Positions 35,107 through 44,740 of a stretch of 50,308 nt of DNA are shown here, in pieces. Source of the DNA: an uncultured Acidimicrobiia bacterium (GTDB taxonomy: Bacteria > Actinomycetota > Acidimicrobiia > Spongiisociales > JAOTWH01); assembly GCA_964347285.1 (NCBI GenBank), contig CAYFYE010000007.1, forward strand, positions 1 to 50,308. Reading direction: 5' to 3'. The notes under the pieces are model-generated. The model was given only the letters and a program-made list of their open reading frames with translations. It had not been told where the DNA came from and ran no database searches. The position numbers were made by a program, and so were the translations under genes. Position 1 is the stretch's first letter. Each line of letters begins with the position of its first letter.

Positions 35107-35155
35107 GAGAAGCTGAGGGGGCTTCGCCGGCGGAGAAAAAGGAGGAGTGGCGCCG

Positions 35156-38100
35156 ATGACCGAGGGACTGCAGATCGAGCGGAGGTTCACCGCCGCGGGC
35201 CAGGATCCGTTCGCCACCGTCGAGTGGGAGAAGCGCGACAGCCGCATCACCAATCCCGACGGCTCGGTCGTGTTCGAGATGGAGGGAGCCGAGGTCCCCG
35301 CCGCTTGGTCGCAAGTCGCCTCCGACATCATCGTCTCCAAGTACTTCCGCAAGGCGGGCGTTCCCCTGTACGACGAAAAGGGCGACCCGATCCTGGACGC
35401 CGACGGCAGCCAGGTGACCGGGCCCGAGCGCTCGGCCCGTCAAACGATCGCCCGACTGGCCGCCACCTGGCGTTGCTGGGGCGAGGAAAACGGCTACTTC
35501 GCATCCGCTGAGGATGCCCAGGCCTTCGAGGACGAGATGAACTACATGCTCGTTCATCAGATGGGATCTCCCAACAGTCCTCAGTGGTTCAATACCGGGC
35601 TTCACCACGCCTACGGCATCACCGGTACCGCCGAGGGCTTCTGGTACGTGGACCCCGACAGCGGCGAGGTGACGGCATCCCCGGACAGCTACAGCCGGCC
35701 GGCCCCCCACGCCTGCTTCATCCAGAGCGTGCGGGACGACCTCGTCAACGAGGGCGGCATCATGGACCTTTGGGTACGGGAGGCCCGCCTCTTCAAGTTC
35801 GGCTCGGGCACGGGCACGAACTTCTCCTCGATACGAGCCGAGAGTGAACCGCTATCGGGGGGCGGCAAGTCGTCCGGACTGATGTCGTTCCTCCGGGTCG
35901 GAGATCGGGCCGCCGGGGCGATCAAGTCGGGGGGCACCACCCGGCGGGCCGCCAAGATGGTCATCTTGGACCTCGACCATCCCGACATCGAAGACTTCAT
36001 CGTTTGGAAGGTCGATGAGGAGCGCAAGGTGCGGGCCCTCATTGCCGCGGGCTACCCCGCCGATTTCAACGGCGAGGCTTACCAGACGGTATCGGGACAG
36101 AACTCCAACAACTCGGTACGCATACCCAACGAATTCGTGGAGGCGGTGGGCAACGACGGGGTGTGGGAGCTCACCGCTCGCACGACCGGAGAAGTCGTCA
36201 AGACGGTCAAGGCTCGGGACCTGTGGCACCGCGTCGCCCGAGCAGCCTGGGAGTGCGCCGATCCCGGCGTCCAGTTCGACACGACCATCAACGAGTGGCA
36301 CACCTGCCCGGCCGGGGGTCGCATCCGAGCTTCCAATCCGTGCTCGGAGTACATGTTCCTCGACAACACGGCCTGCAATCTGGCCAGCCTCAACCTCACC
36401 AAGTTCTACGACGACGACACCGGCACGTTCGACGTCGAGTCCTACAAGCATGCCATCCGCCTGTGGACGCTGGCTCTGGAGATCTCGGTGACGATGGCCC
36501 AATTCCCGTCGAAGGAGATCGCCCAGGGTTCGTATGACTACCGGACATTGGGCCTCGGTTACGCCAACCTCGGCTCGCTGCTGATGCGCCAGGGCGTCCC
36601 CTACGACACCGACGAGGGCAGGGCGCTGGCCGGTGCCTTGACCGCCATCCTCACCGGCCACGCCTACGCCACCTCGGCAGAGATCGCAGCAGCCGTAGGT
36701 CCTTTCGCCAGATTCGCCGAGAACCGGGAGGCGATGCTGCGGGTGATCCGTAACCACCGCAGAGCTGCCTACGACGAAGACGAGTACGAGGGCGTTTCCG
36801 TTCCCGTCGTGGGCATCGACGCCGACGTGTGCCCGCCCGACCTGCTCAAGGCGGCCCGGGAGGCCTGGGACGTGGCCCTGGAGCGCGGTGAGGCGGCCGG
36901 GTACCGCAATGCCCAAGTGTCGGTGCTCGCACCCACCGGGACCATCGGCCTCCAGATGGACTGCGACACCACTGGGGTCGAGCCCGACTTCGCCCTGGTG
37001 AAGTTCAAGAAGCTGGCCGGGGGCGGGTACTTCAAGATCGTCAATCAATCGGTGGAGCCGGCCCTGCGCCGCTTGGGCTACTCGGATGCCGAGATCGCCG
37101 ACATCACCACTTACGTAGTGGGCTCGATGACGCTGGCCGGTGCGCCCCACATCAACAAGGAGTCGCTGGCCGCCAAAGGGCTGCACGCCGACGAGATCGC
37201 CCGCATCGAGGCTCAGCTTCCCGGCGTATTCGACCTGCGCCACGCCTTCAGCCTCTTCACGCTGGGCCACGAGGCTCTGGAGCGACTCGGCTTCACCGAG
37301 GACGTCTACGGTGCATACGACTTCGATGTCCTGGCCGCTCTGGGCTTCACCAGGCAGCAGATCGCCGAGGCCAATGACGCCATTTGCGGCCGCCAGGCCA
37401 TCGAGGGAGCAGCTGGTCTCCGCCTCGAGCACCTGCCGGTCTTCGACACGGCCAACAAGAACGGCAAGCACGGCCGGCGCTTCATCCATCACACCGGGCA
37501 CATCCGGATGATGGGGGCCGCCCAGCCCTTCATCTCGGGCGCCATCTCCAAGACCATCAACATGCCCAACGAGGTCACGGTCCGAGAGATCGAGGAGTCC
37601 TACCTGCTGTCCTGGGAGCTGGGACTGAAGGCGATGGCCCTCTACCGGGACGGATCCAAGGCTTCCCAGCCGCTGTCGGCCACCGCCGATGAGGCGCCCG
37701 AGACGGAGGACGGAGACGAGGAGCTGGCCGACGCTCTGGAGAGCGAGGCTCGGGTCGTCACCGGCCTGTTCGCGCCGGGGGTCAGCCCCACTGCGGCGTA
37801 CGCCGGCGCGGTCCGGCCTCGGTTCCTGCTTCCTGCCAAGCGCAACGGCTGGACCCAGGAGGCTCGCATCGGCGGCCACAAGGTGTTCTTGCGCACCGGT
37901 GAATACGACGACGGGAGCATCGGCGAGCTGTTCATCGATCTGGCCAAGGAGGGGGCGACGCTGCGCGGCGTGCTCTCGTGCTTCGCCATCGCCGTTTCCA
38001 AGGGCCTCCAGTACGGCGTGCCGCTCGACGAGTTCGTGGACACCTTCACCTTCCACACCTTCGAGCCGCGGGGAATGGTCGAGGGCCACCCCAACATCAA

Positions 38101-38632
38101 GATGGCCAACTCGATCATCGACTACGTCTTCCGGGCCCTCGGCCTCGAGTACCTGGGACGAACCGATCTGGTCCAGGTGCCACCCGCCGAGAGCGAACTG
38201 CCCGAGCCGCCCAAGGGGGTCGCCGTGGACGCCGGTGTCCAGCTCGACCTCGAGGAGGCGGCCGCCGAAGCCGATGTCGAGGCGGTCAAGGAAGCCGTCG
38301 CCTTCGTCGATGGGGATCCCTTCGCTCCCCACGGCAACGGTCCCGATGGCCACCGGCCCAACGGACAGAGCAAGAAGGCGGTGAATCTGCTCACCCAGGC
38401 GGAGGTCGAGATGGCCGCCGCAAGGGTCGAGAGCGCTGCCGCGAAGGTCGAGGCGGCCGTCGCGGTTGGTGCGGCTCCCGGTGCGGCGCTCCCGGCTGCA
38501 GACCCGATGGCCTGGGCGCTGGGAGACCTCATGGGAGATGCTCCGCTGTGTGACACCTGCGGGCACATCACCGTTCGTAACGGCTCGTGCTACCGATGTC
38601 TGAATTGTGGCAACAGCATGGGGTGCAGCTGA
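35156..38632 (+). CDS. nrdJ: Class II (adenosylcobalamin-dependent) ribonucleotide reductase
   Basis: PNSPQWFNTG, HACFI, GGTTRRAAKM, ASNPCSEY, APTGTIG, ISKTINMP, YRDGSK, C-terminal CDTC...CYRCLNCG..MGCS; GGAGGA RBS. Confidence 0.96.
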   Translation: MTEGLQIERRFTAAGQDPFATVEWEKRDSRITNPDGSVVFEMEGAEVPAAWSQVASDIIVSKYFRKAGVPLYDEKGDPILDADGSQVTGPERSARQTIARLAATWRCWGEENGYFASAEDAQAFEDEMNYMLVHQMGSPNSPQWFNTGLHHAYGITGTAEGFWYVDPDSGEVTASPDSYSRPAPHACFIQSVRDDLVNEGGIMDLWVREARLFKFGSGTGTNFSSIRAESEPLSGGGKSSGLMSFLRVGDRAAGAIKSGGTTRRAAKMVILDLDHPDIEDFIVWKVDEERKVRALIAAGYPADFNGEAYQTVSGQNSNNSVRIPNEFVEAVGNDGVWELTARTTGEVVKTVKARDLWHRVARAAWECADPGVQFDTTINEWHTCPAGGRIRASNPCSEYMFLDNTACNLASLNLTKFYDDDTGTFDVESYKHAIRLWTLALEISVTMAQFPSKEIAQGSYDYRTLGLGYANLGSLLMRQGVPYDTDEGRALAGALTAILTGHAYATSAEIAAAVGPFARFAENREAMLRVIRNHRRAAYDEDEYEGVSVPVVGIDADVCPPDLLKAAREAWDVALERGEAAGYRNAQVSVLAPTGTIGLQMDCDTTGVEPDFALVKFKKLAGGGYFKIVNQSVEPALRRLGYSDAEIADITTYVVGSMTLAGAPHINKESLAAKGLHADEIARIEAQLPGVFDLRHAFSLFTLGHEALERLGFTEDVYGAYDFDVLAALGFTRQQIAEANDAICGRQAIEGAAGLRLEHLPVFDTANKNGKHGRRFIHHTGHIRMMGAAQPFISGAISKTINMPNEVTVREIEESYLLSWELGLKAMALYRDGSKASQPLSATADEAPETEDGDEELADALESEARVVTGLFAPGVSPTAAYAGAVRPRFLLPAKRNGWTQEARIGGHKVFLRTGEYDDGSIGELFIDLAKEGATLRGVLSCFAIAVSKGLQYGVPLDEFVDTFTFHTFEPRGMVEGHPNIKMANSIIDYVFRALGLEYLGRTDLVQVPPAESELPEPPKGVAVDAGVQLDLEEAAAEADVEAVKEAVAFVDGDPFAPHGNGPDGHRPNGQSKKAVNLLTQAEVEMAAARVESAAAKVEAAVAVGAAPGAALPAADPMAWALGDLMGDAPLCDTCGHITVRNGSCYRCLNCGNSMGCS

Positions 38633-38859
38633 TGACGTCCGTCGTCGAGTGGGAACGACGCCGGCGCGAGCGGCTGGACCGGGAGATAGCGAAGATGGCC
38701 TCGCCCATTCTCCAGGAAGAGTTCGACCGGTTCCTGCACGGCTATGGGGGACGCACCACCGCCGAAATTCGCCGGGCGTGGCGGCGGCACTTCGGAGATG
38801 ATCCGCCCGCCGGGATCGTCCGGGCCGTAGAGAAAGGAGTGCGGCTGCGCTTCGAGTAG
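38632..38859 (+). CDS. Small hypothetical protein (75 aa) coupled to nrdJ
   Basis: TGATG overlap with the nrdJ stop; MTSVVEWERRRRERLDREIAK...VRLRFE*. Confidence 0.6.
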   Translation: MTSVVEWERRRRERLDREIAKMASPILQEEFDRFLHGYGGRTTAEIRRAWRRHFGDDPPAGIVRAVEKGVRLRFE

Positions 38860-38860
38860 A

Positions 38861-38891
38861 GAATTGCGGAAACACCAAGGGGTGCAGCTAG
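38861..38891 (+). repeat. Degenerate duplicate of the last 31 nt of nrdJ
   Basis: GAATTGCGGAAACACCAAGGGGTGCAGCTAG versus 38602-38632 GAATTGTGGCAACAGCATGGGGTGCAGCTGA: 25/31 identical; encodes NCGNTKGCS* versus NCGNSMGCS*. Confidence 0.8.
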
Positions 38892-38938
38892 GGCCCCTCC
38901 CCCTCTCCCCTCTAGCCCGCCCTCTGTTTCCGCACCGA

Positions 38939-38971
38939 GAGAGAGGCCCCCTCGCCCAGGGGGCCTCTCTC
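38939..38971 (+). terminator. Hairpin, probable terminator of the nrdJ unit
   Basis: GAGAGAGGCCCCCT-cgccc-AGGGGGCCTCTCTC, 14-bp stem. Confidence 0.65.
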
Positions 38972-39073
38972 GCGTGATGCCCTGTCTGCGGTGCGGGAAC
39001 TCCAACGCCGGAGGGCGGTCGGACTACGCTGGCCTGCCTCGGGAGACGACACGGCCGAGGAGAGGAAGCGGGC

Positions 39074-39985
39074 GTGGAGCCGACAGAGCTCATCTGGATG
39101 GACGGCGAGCTGATCGCGTGGGGAGATGCCCAGGTGCACGTCCTCAGCCACGCCCTCCACTACGGCACCGGCGTGTTCGAGGGCATTCGTGCCTACCGGA
39201 ATGAGGATGGAACGGCCATCTTCCGGCTCCGGGACCACATGGAGAGGCTGCGACGCTCGGCCGATGCCTATTCGATGCCGCTGGAGTGGTCGGTCGATGA
39301 GCTGGTCGCCGCCGCCAAAGAGACGGTGGTCGTCAACGAACTCTCCTCTGGGTATGTGAGGCCCATAGTCTTCTACGAGTTGGGGACGATTGGGCTCAAC
39401 CCGACCCGGGCGCGTCTGCGGTCGGCAATCATCGTGTTCGGGTGGGGCGCCTACATGGGGGAGGATGGCCTCCGCTACGGCATCCGGACGAAGATCTCAT
39501 CCTGGGCGCGCATCTCGCCCCAGGCATTTCCCGCTGCCAAGGCCACCGGTCCCTACATCAATGCCATCCTGGCCAACCTAGAGGCAGTGAAGGCCGGATA
39601 CGACGAGGCGATCCTCCTCACGACCGATGGCATGGTTTCCGAGGGCAGCGGAGAGAACCTCTTTGCGGTCGCCGACGGCAAAGTGCTCACACCCCCTCTC
39701 ACCGATGGTTGCTTGGACGGCATCACCCGGCAATCGGTGATGACCCTGCTCGCCGAAGATGGCCGTGAAGTAGTCGAGGAATCGCTCTCTCCCGACGAGC
39801 TGTACGGAGCGGATGAACTGTTCTTCACGGGCACCGCCGCCGAGGTCACCCCCATCCGCGAAGTCGACGGCCACTCCATCGGCGGCGGCGAGCCGGGGCC
39901 GATCACTCGCCGGGCCCAGTCTCTCTTCCAGGACGCGGTATCGGGTCGGCTGCCCGACCATCGCGACTGGCTCGACTACGTCTAG
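39074..39985 (+). CDS. ilvE: Branched-chain amino acid aminotransferase
   Basis: LHYGTGVFEGIRAY, YVRP, AKATGPY, EGSGENLF, LDGITR, GTAAEVTP motifs. Confidence 0.95.
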   Translation: MEPTELIWMDGELIAWGDAQVHVLSHALHYGTGVFEGIRAYRNEDGTAIFRLRDHMERLRRSADAYSMPLEWSVDELVAAAKETVVVNELSSGYVRPIVFYELGTIGLNPTRARLRSAIIVFGWGAYMGEDGLRYGIRTKISSWARISPQAFPAAKATGPYINAILANLEAVKAGYDEAILLTTDGMVSEGSGENLFAVADGKVLTPPLTDGCLDGITRQSVMTLLAEDGREVVEESLSPDELYGADELFFTGTAAEVTPIREVDGHSIGGGEPGPITRRAQSLFQDAVSGRLPDHRDWLDYV

Positions 39986-40584
39986 AGGACCGGTTTGTGG
40001 GCCGGGCGGGCCATTTCGTAGCGGCTGATTTGGCTCTCGTTTTCCAGGGTGAGGCCCACTTCGTCGAGACCGTGCGTGAGCATGCGTTTGACGTACGGAT
40101 CCATCCCGAAGCCGGCCTCGACTCCCGGGGCGGTGACCACTTGTCGGTTGACGTCGATCGAGATCTCGGCGGCGGGCTGGGCCCGGGCCAGCTCGAGGAG
40201 GGATGTCGTGACTTCAGCGGGAAGCTCCACGGTGAGGAGCCCGACCTTGTGACAGTTGTTGCGGAAGATGTCGCCGAAGGAAGGAGCGACTATGGCGCGA
40301 AATCCCCAGTCGGCGAGGGCCCATGGGGCATGCTCGCGCGACGAGCCCGTTCCGAAGTTGGGGCCGGTGACCAGGACCGTGGCGCTGCGATGTTCGGGCC
40401 GGTTGAGCACGAAATCGGGATCGGCGTTTCCATCGTGATCGTGGGCCCAGTCGTAGAAGAGGTATTGCCCGAAGCCGGTACGTTCGAGCCGCTTGAGGAA
40501 CTGCTTGGGGATGATCTGATCGGTGTCGACGTGGGACCTCGGCAACGGTGCCATCGTCCCCACGATGTCGGTGACCCGTTTCAT
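39982..40584 (-). CDS. leuD: 3-isopropylmalate dehydratase small subunit
   Basis: [42 protein letters not shown] motifs. Confidence 0.96.
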   Translation of the reverse strand: MKRVTDIVGTMAPLPRSHVDTDQIIPKQFLKRLERTGFGQYLFYDWAHDHDGNADPDFVLNRPEHRSATVLVTGPNFGTGSSREHAPWALADWGFRAIVAPSFGDIFRNNCHKVGLLTVELPAEVTTSLLELARAQPAAEISIDVNRQVVTAPGVEAGFGMDPYVKRMLTHGLDEVGLTLENESQISRYEMARPAHKPVL

Positions 40585-41993
40585 CCGTCCCACTCCCTGA
40601 TATCCACGAAGTGGCCGGCAACGGCGGCCGCGGCGGCCATGGGCGGGCTCACGAGATGGGTGCGCCCTCCCTGGCCCTGGCGGCCCTCGAAATTGCGGTT
40701 GGACGTCGAGGCGCAACGCTCGCCGGGGGCGAGGATGTCGGGGTTCATCCCCAGGCACATCGAGCAACCCGGCTCTCGCCACTCGAACCCGGCGTCGGTG
40801 AACACACGATCGAGCCCCTCGGCTTCGGCCTGCTCTTTGACCAGACCCGATCCCGGAACGACCAGGGCCGACACGTGCGGATGTACTTTGCGTCCGGCTA
40901 CGACGGCAGCAGCTCGGCGCAGATCTTCGATCCGGGCATTGGTGCACGAGCCCAGGAACACCCGGTCGACGCGGACGTCGGTGATCGGAGTCCCCGGCTC
41001 CAGCGCCATGTACGCCAGAGCCCGGGCGGCCGCCTCTCGCTCGTGGGGGTCGTCGAACGCCTCCGGCCCCGGCACAGTCCCCGTGACCGGGACGGTCTGG
41101 GACGGGTTGGTGCCCCAGCTGACGTACGGGTCCATCCGGGACGCGTCGAGGACGACCTCGGTTGCGAACCTGGCACCGTCGTCGGTGGGCAGCGAACGCC
41201 AGTAGGCGAGCGCGTCTTCCCACTCCGCGCCGGTGGGGGCGTAGGGGCGGCGTTCGAGGTAGGCGAACGTTGACTCGTCGGGACCGATGAGCCCGGCGCG
41301 GGCTCCCGCCTCTATCGACATGTTGCATACCGTCATTCGTTCCTCCACCGAGAGGCTGCGGATGGCTTCCCCCCGGTATTCGATGACGTGCCCGGCGCCG
41401 CCGCCGACGCCGATGTGAGAGATGATGCCCAACACCAGGTCTTTGGCGGTTACTCCCTTCGGCATCGTTCCGTCGATGGTGATCGCCATCGAGCGCGGCT
41501 TGCGCTGCCTGATGGTCTGGGTGGCGAGCACGTGCTCCACCTCGGTGGTGCCGATGCCGAATGCCAGCGCCCCGAAAGCCCCGTGGGTGGAGGTGTGGCT
41601 GTCCCCACACACGATTGTCGTTCCCGGCTGGGTCAGTCCCTGTTCCGGCCCGATGACGTGGACGATTCCGTTGCGCCGGTCGGAGGGGCCGAACAGCGTG
41701 ATGCCGGCGGCGCGGCAGTTCTCGACGAGGGCCTCTACCTGTCGTCGGGAGAGGGGATCGGCGATGCCGGCGGCCCGGTGGGTGGTCGGGACGGCGTGGT
41801 CGACCGTAGCCAGCGTGAGGTCGGGCCGGCGCACGGTCCGCCCCGCCAGCCGGAGTCCGTCGAATGCCTGGGGAGAAGTGACCTCGTGCACGAGGTGGAG
41901 GTCGACGTAGAGGAGATCGGGCTCCCCCTCTCCTCCGGAGACGACGACGTGATCGTCCCAGATCTTCTCCACCAGGGTGCGGGGCGCGCTCAC
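40581..41993 (-). CDS. leuC: 3-isopropylmalate dehydratase large subunit
   Basis: [52 protein letters not shown] motifs. Confidence 0.97.
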   Translation of the reverse strand: MSAPRTLVEKIWDDHVVVSGGEGEPDLLYVDLHLVHEVTSPQAFDGLRLAGRTVRRPDLTLATVDHAVPTTHRAAGIADPLSRRQVEALVENCRAAGITLFGPSDRRNGIVHVIGPEQGLTQPGTTIVCGDSHTSTHGAFGALAFGIGTTEVEHVLATQTIRQRKPRSMAITIDGTMPKGVTAKDLVLGIISHIGVGGGAGHVIEYRGEAIRSLSVEERMTVCNMSIEAGARAGLIGPDESTFAYLERRPYAPTGAEWEDALAYWRSLPTDDGARFATEVVLDASRMDPYVSWGTNPSQTVPVTGTVPGPEAFDDPHEREAAARALAYMALEPGTPITDVRVDRVFLGSCTNARIEDLRRAAAVVAGRKVHPHVSALVVPGSGLVKEQAEAEGLDRVFTDAGFEWREPGCSMCLGMNPDILAPGERCASTSNRNFEGRQGQGGRTHLVSPPMAAAAAVAGHFVDIREWDG

Positions 41994-43042
41994 GATCCGG
42001 TCGCCACCAGCTCGGCCACCCGATTTCCCAGCTCGGCAGTCGACATGCCCATCTCGCCTGCGGCAAGCGATGGCAGCAAGCCTGCCATCCTGGCCGCCGC
42101 ATTCTCGATAGCGGCGCCCTCGTCCTCGTGGCCGTTGTGCGACAGCAGCAGAGCGGCTGCGACGATCGCGGCCAAGGGATTGATCCGGCCCTTGCCGGCG
42201 ACGTCGGGAGCCGTTCCTCCGATCGGCTCGAACATCGAGACGCCGTCGGGATTGAGGTTGGCCCCGGCCGCGATGCCGAGGCCACCCTGAATGGCAGCGC
42301 CGAGATCCGTGATGATGTCGCCGAACATGTTGTCGGTGACGATGACATCGAAGCGTTGCGGCTGCTGCACCATCCAGGCGCAGGCCGCATCGATGTTGGC
42401 GTAGTCGCTCGTCACGTCGGGATACTCGGCGGCCACCTCGTCCACGACGCGCTGCCACAGGTCATGGGCGTGCACCAAGACGTTGGACTTGCCGCAGAAC
42501 GTGAGGGCGCGCCGGGGCCGGCTCCGGGCCAGCTCGAATGCGTAGCGCACGCAGCGCTCGACGCCGAAGCGGGTGTTGACCGATTCCTCGATGGCCACTT
42601 CCCGCCAGGAGCCGCGACCGACGAAGCCGCCGATGCCCGAGTAGAGGCCCTCGGTGTTCTCGCGCACTACCACCAAGTCGACGTCGGCCGGGGTGGCGTC
42701 CCGCAGCGGGCCGGCGACTCCCGGGTAGAGCTTCACTGGCCGCAGGTTGACGTACTGGTCCAGCTCGCGACGCAGCCGGAGGATGATTCCGTGTTCGAGG
42801 ATGCCCGGTGCGACGTCGGGATGCCCTATTGCGCCGAGCAGGATGGCGTCGGCTTTCCCCAGCTCCTTGAGCACGGGATCGGGAAGCACATCACCGGTGC
42901 GGAGATAGCGCTCGCCGCCCAGGTCGTAGTGCTCGTACTCCAGCTCGAGGTCGAAGCGAAGCGCTGCTGCGTCGAGCGCCTTCACAGCTTCGGCGATCAC
43001 CTCGGGACCGGTTCCGTCTCCGGGGAGCAGAGCAATTCGCAT
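41990..43042 (-). CDS. leuB: 3-isopropylmalate dehydrogenase
   Basis: [43 protein letters not shown]; position in the leu operon. Confidence 0.92.
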   Translation of the reverse strand: MRIALLPGDGTGPEVIAEAVKALDAAALRFDLELEYEHYDLGGERYLRTGDVLPDPVLKELGKADAILLGAIGHPDVAPGILEHGIILRLRRELDQYVNLRPVKLYPGVAGPLRDATPADVDLVVVRENTEGLYSGIGGFVGRGSWREVAIEESVNTRFGVERCVRYAFELARSRPRRALTFCGKSNVLVHAHDLWQRVVDEVAAEYPDVTSDYANIDAACAWMVQQPQRFDVIVTDNMFGDIITDLGAAIQGGLGIAAGANLNPDGVSMFEPIGGTAPDVAGKGRINPLAAIVAAALLLSHNGHEDEGAAIENAAARMAGLLPSLAAGEMGMSTAELGNRVAELVATGS

Positions 43043-43069
43043 TGGTGTCTGGAGTTCGACGGCCTTGGC

Positions 43070-43432
43070 TCAGCTGCTCCGTTCCAGGGCGGCGGCAAAG
43101 GCGCGCACCGATCCGGTGACCACATCGTCGCCGGAACCGCTGCCCACACAGACCTGACCATCGACCTGGACCGTCGCCGTCACCTGGGCCGTTGTATGGG
43201 CATCGGCGCGAACCGGGCGCACGCTATAGCCGGCCAAGCGGGCGTGTACGCCGATGAGCCGGCAGTACGCCTCGAAGGCGGCCCCAACCTCTGGGTAGTC
43301 CTCGGGCTCGTATTCGATCGTGAGTTCTCGCGCCGCCACCTTTGCCCAGGGACGGGGCTCCACCCTCCGTCCGGCAGTCACCTGTTGTGACACCTGTTGG
43401 GCCATTACGTCGATGTGTCCGTTGCTGTTCAT
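43070..43432 (-). CDS. Stand-alone 2-isopropylmalate synthase regulatory (LeuA dimer)-like domain protein
   Basis: Strong AAAGGAGGA RBS; C-terminal half L.GYSV.....AQVT..V..DG....GSG...DVVTGSVRAF..AL resembles the LeuA allosteric domain. Confidence 0.7.
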   Translation of the reverse strand: MNSNGHIDVMAQQVSQQVTAGRRVEPRPWAKVAARELTIEYEPEDYPEVGAAFEAYCRLIGVHARLAGYSVRPVRADAHTTAQVTATVQVDGQVCVGSGSGDDVVTGSVRAFAAALERSS

Positions 43433-43452
43433 GGGTATTCCTCCTTTGTGTG

Positions 43453-44607
43453 CTAATCCAACGAGGCCACTATCTGGGCCGCGTCTTCCGAGCTGAAGAT
43501 TCCGCCGCCGTCGGCCAGCTCCTTGAACCGGGCGAAGGCGCGCTGAAAGGTGGCGTCGTGCACCGTTACCCCGCTCCGCTCCAGAGCGTCGCGGAAAGCG
43601 GCCCGGCCCGAGTGCTTGCCCAGCACGATCGTCGAGCCTTCCTGGCCCACGGCAGTCGGATCCATGATCTCGTAGGTGGTTCGTTCCCGGAGCACCCCGT
43701 GCTGGTGAATGCCGGACTCGTGGGCGAAGGCGTTGCGCCCGACCACCGCCTTGTTGTATTGGACCGGATAGCCGCTGATCTCGGCCACTTCGGTCGACGT
43801 CGGGTAGATCTGGGTGGTGTCGATCCCGACCTCGACGCCGTATCGATCGCTTCGCACCACGAGCGCCATCACCACCTCCTCGAGGGAGGTGTTGCCGGCC
43901 CGCTCTCCGAGTCCGTTGATGGCCCCCTCGATCTGACGAGCGCCGGCCTCCACGGCGGCGAGCGCGTTGGCAACCGCCAACCCGAGATCGTTGTGGCAGT
44001 GGGTCGAGACGATCACGTCGCTGCGCCCGTCGGCGACCTCGTCGACCACGGTCCTGATCAGGGTGGCGTAATCGCCCGGTGTGGCGAACCCGCACGTGTC
44101 GGGAATGTTGATCGTCGTGGCCCCGGCGTCGACGGCGAGGCTGCAGACGTCGACGACGAACTCGGGGTCGGAACGCGTGGCATCCTCCGGAGAGAACTCG
44201 ACGTCCTCGCAGTAGCTGCGGGCCCGGGCGACGCCGTCCTTGACGGCGGCGCGGACTTCGTCCGGAGTCATACCCAGCTTGCGCTCCATGTGTATGGGGG
44301 ACGTGGCGAGGAACACGTGGATGCGCCCGTAGGCAGCGTCTCGCACCGCATTCCAGGCTCGATCGATGTCGGCGTCCACCGCTCGGGCGAGGCCGGCCAC
44401 GATGGGTCCTTCCACCTCGCGGGCGACGCGTTGCACCGCGGTGAAATCACCCTCCGAGGCCGTGGGGAATCCGGCTTCGATCACGTCGACGCCGAGGGCA
44501 GCCAGCCGGTGGGCGATGGCCACCTTGTCGTCGGGGGTGAAGGCGATGCCGGGAGATTGCTCTCCGTCTCTGAGGGTGGTGTCGAATATTCGTACTCGGT
44601 CGGTCAT
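43453..44607 (-). CDS. leuA: 2-isopropylmalate synthase, short form lacking the regulatory domain
   Basis: FDTTLRDGEQSPG, PDT.G, HCHNDLG, GLGERAGN, HESGIHQHG, LGKHSGR; 384 aa. Confidence 0.93.
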   Translation of the reverse strand: MTDRVRIFDTTLRDGEQSPGIAFTPDDKVAIAHRLAALGVDVIEAGFPTASEGDFTAVQRVAREVEGPIVAGLARAVDADIDRAWNAVRDAAYGRIHVFLATSPIHMERKLGMTPDEVRAAVKDGVARARSYCEDVEFSPEDATRSDPEFVVDVCSLAVDAGATTINIPDTCGFATPGDYATLIRTVVDEVADGRSDVIVSTHCHNDLGLAVANALAAVEAGARQIEGAINGLGERAGNTSLEEVVMALVVRSDRYGVEVGIDTTQIYPTSTEVAEISGYPVQYNKAVVGRNAFAHESGIHQHGVLRERTTYEIMDPTAVGQEGSTIVLGKHSGRAAFRDALERSGVTVHDATFQRAFARFKELADGGGIFSSEDAAQIVASLD

Positions 44608-44665
44608 GAATCCTCCTAGGGGTGGGCGCCCGGCGGCGCACCGGCGTTGGCGGGCTGGGGCCGGG

Positions 44666-44740
44666 TCAGCCGGAACGGCTGCCCGGCCCGGTAAGCGCCA
44701 GACCGGGCGGCATCAACGCCAAACGCAGGAGGATGATCAC
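44666..44740 (-). promoter_or_regulatory. Leu-rich leader peptide / LEU-element-like control of leuA
   Basis: GTG overlapping the ilvC stop gives [24 protein letters not shown]; leader ATCCTCCT is the exact complement of the leuA Shine-Dalgarno AGGAGGAT. Confidence 0.7.

Noticed and set aside
35156..38632. Intein or intron in nrdJ
   Set aside because: Catalytic motifs are contiguous with no splice-junction or homing-endonuclease signature; the extra length is an Ala/Glu-rich linker before the C-terminal Cys domain.
35852..38878. 1008-aa minus-strand ORF and other long antisense or alternate-frame ORFs (e.g. 13140-15386, 46247-48049, 33670-35028)
   Set aside because: Shadow ORFs of well-supported genes, expected at high GC; no motifs or protein-like composition.
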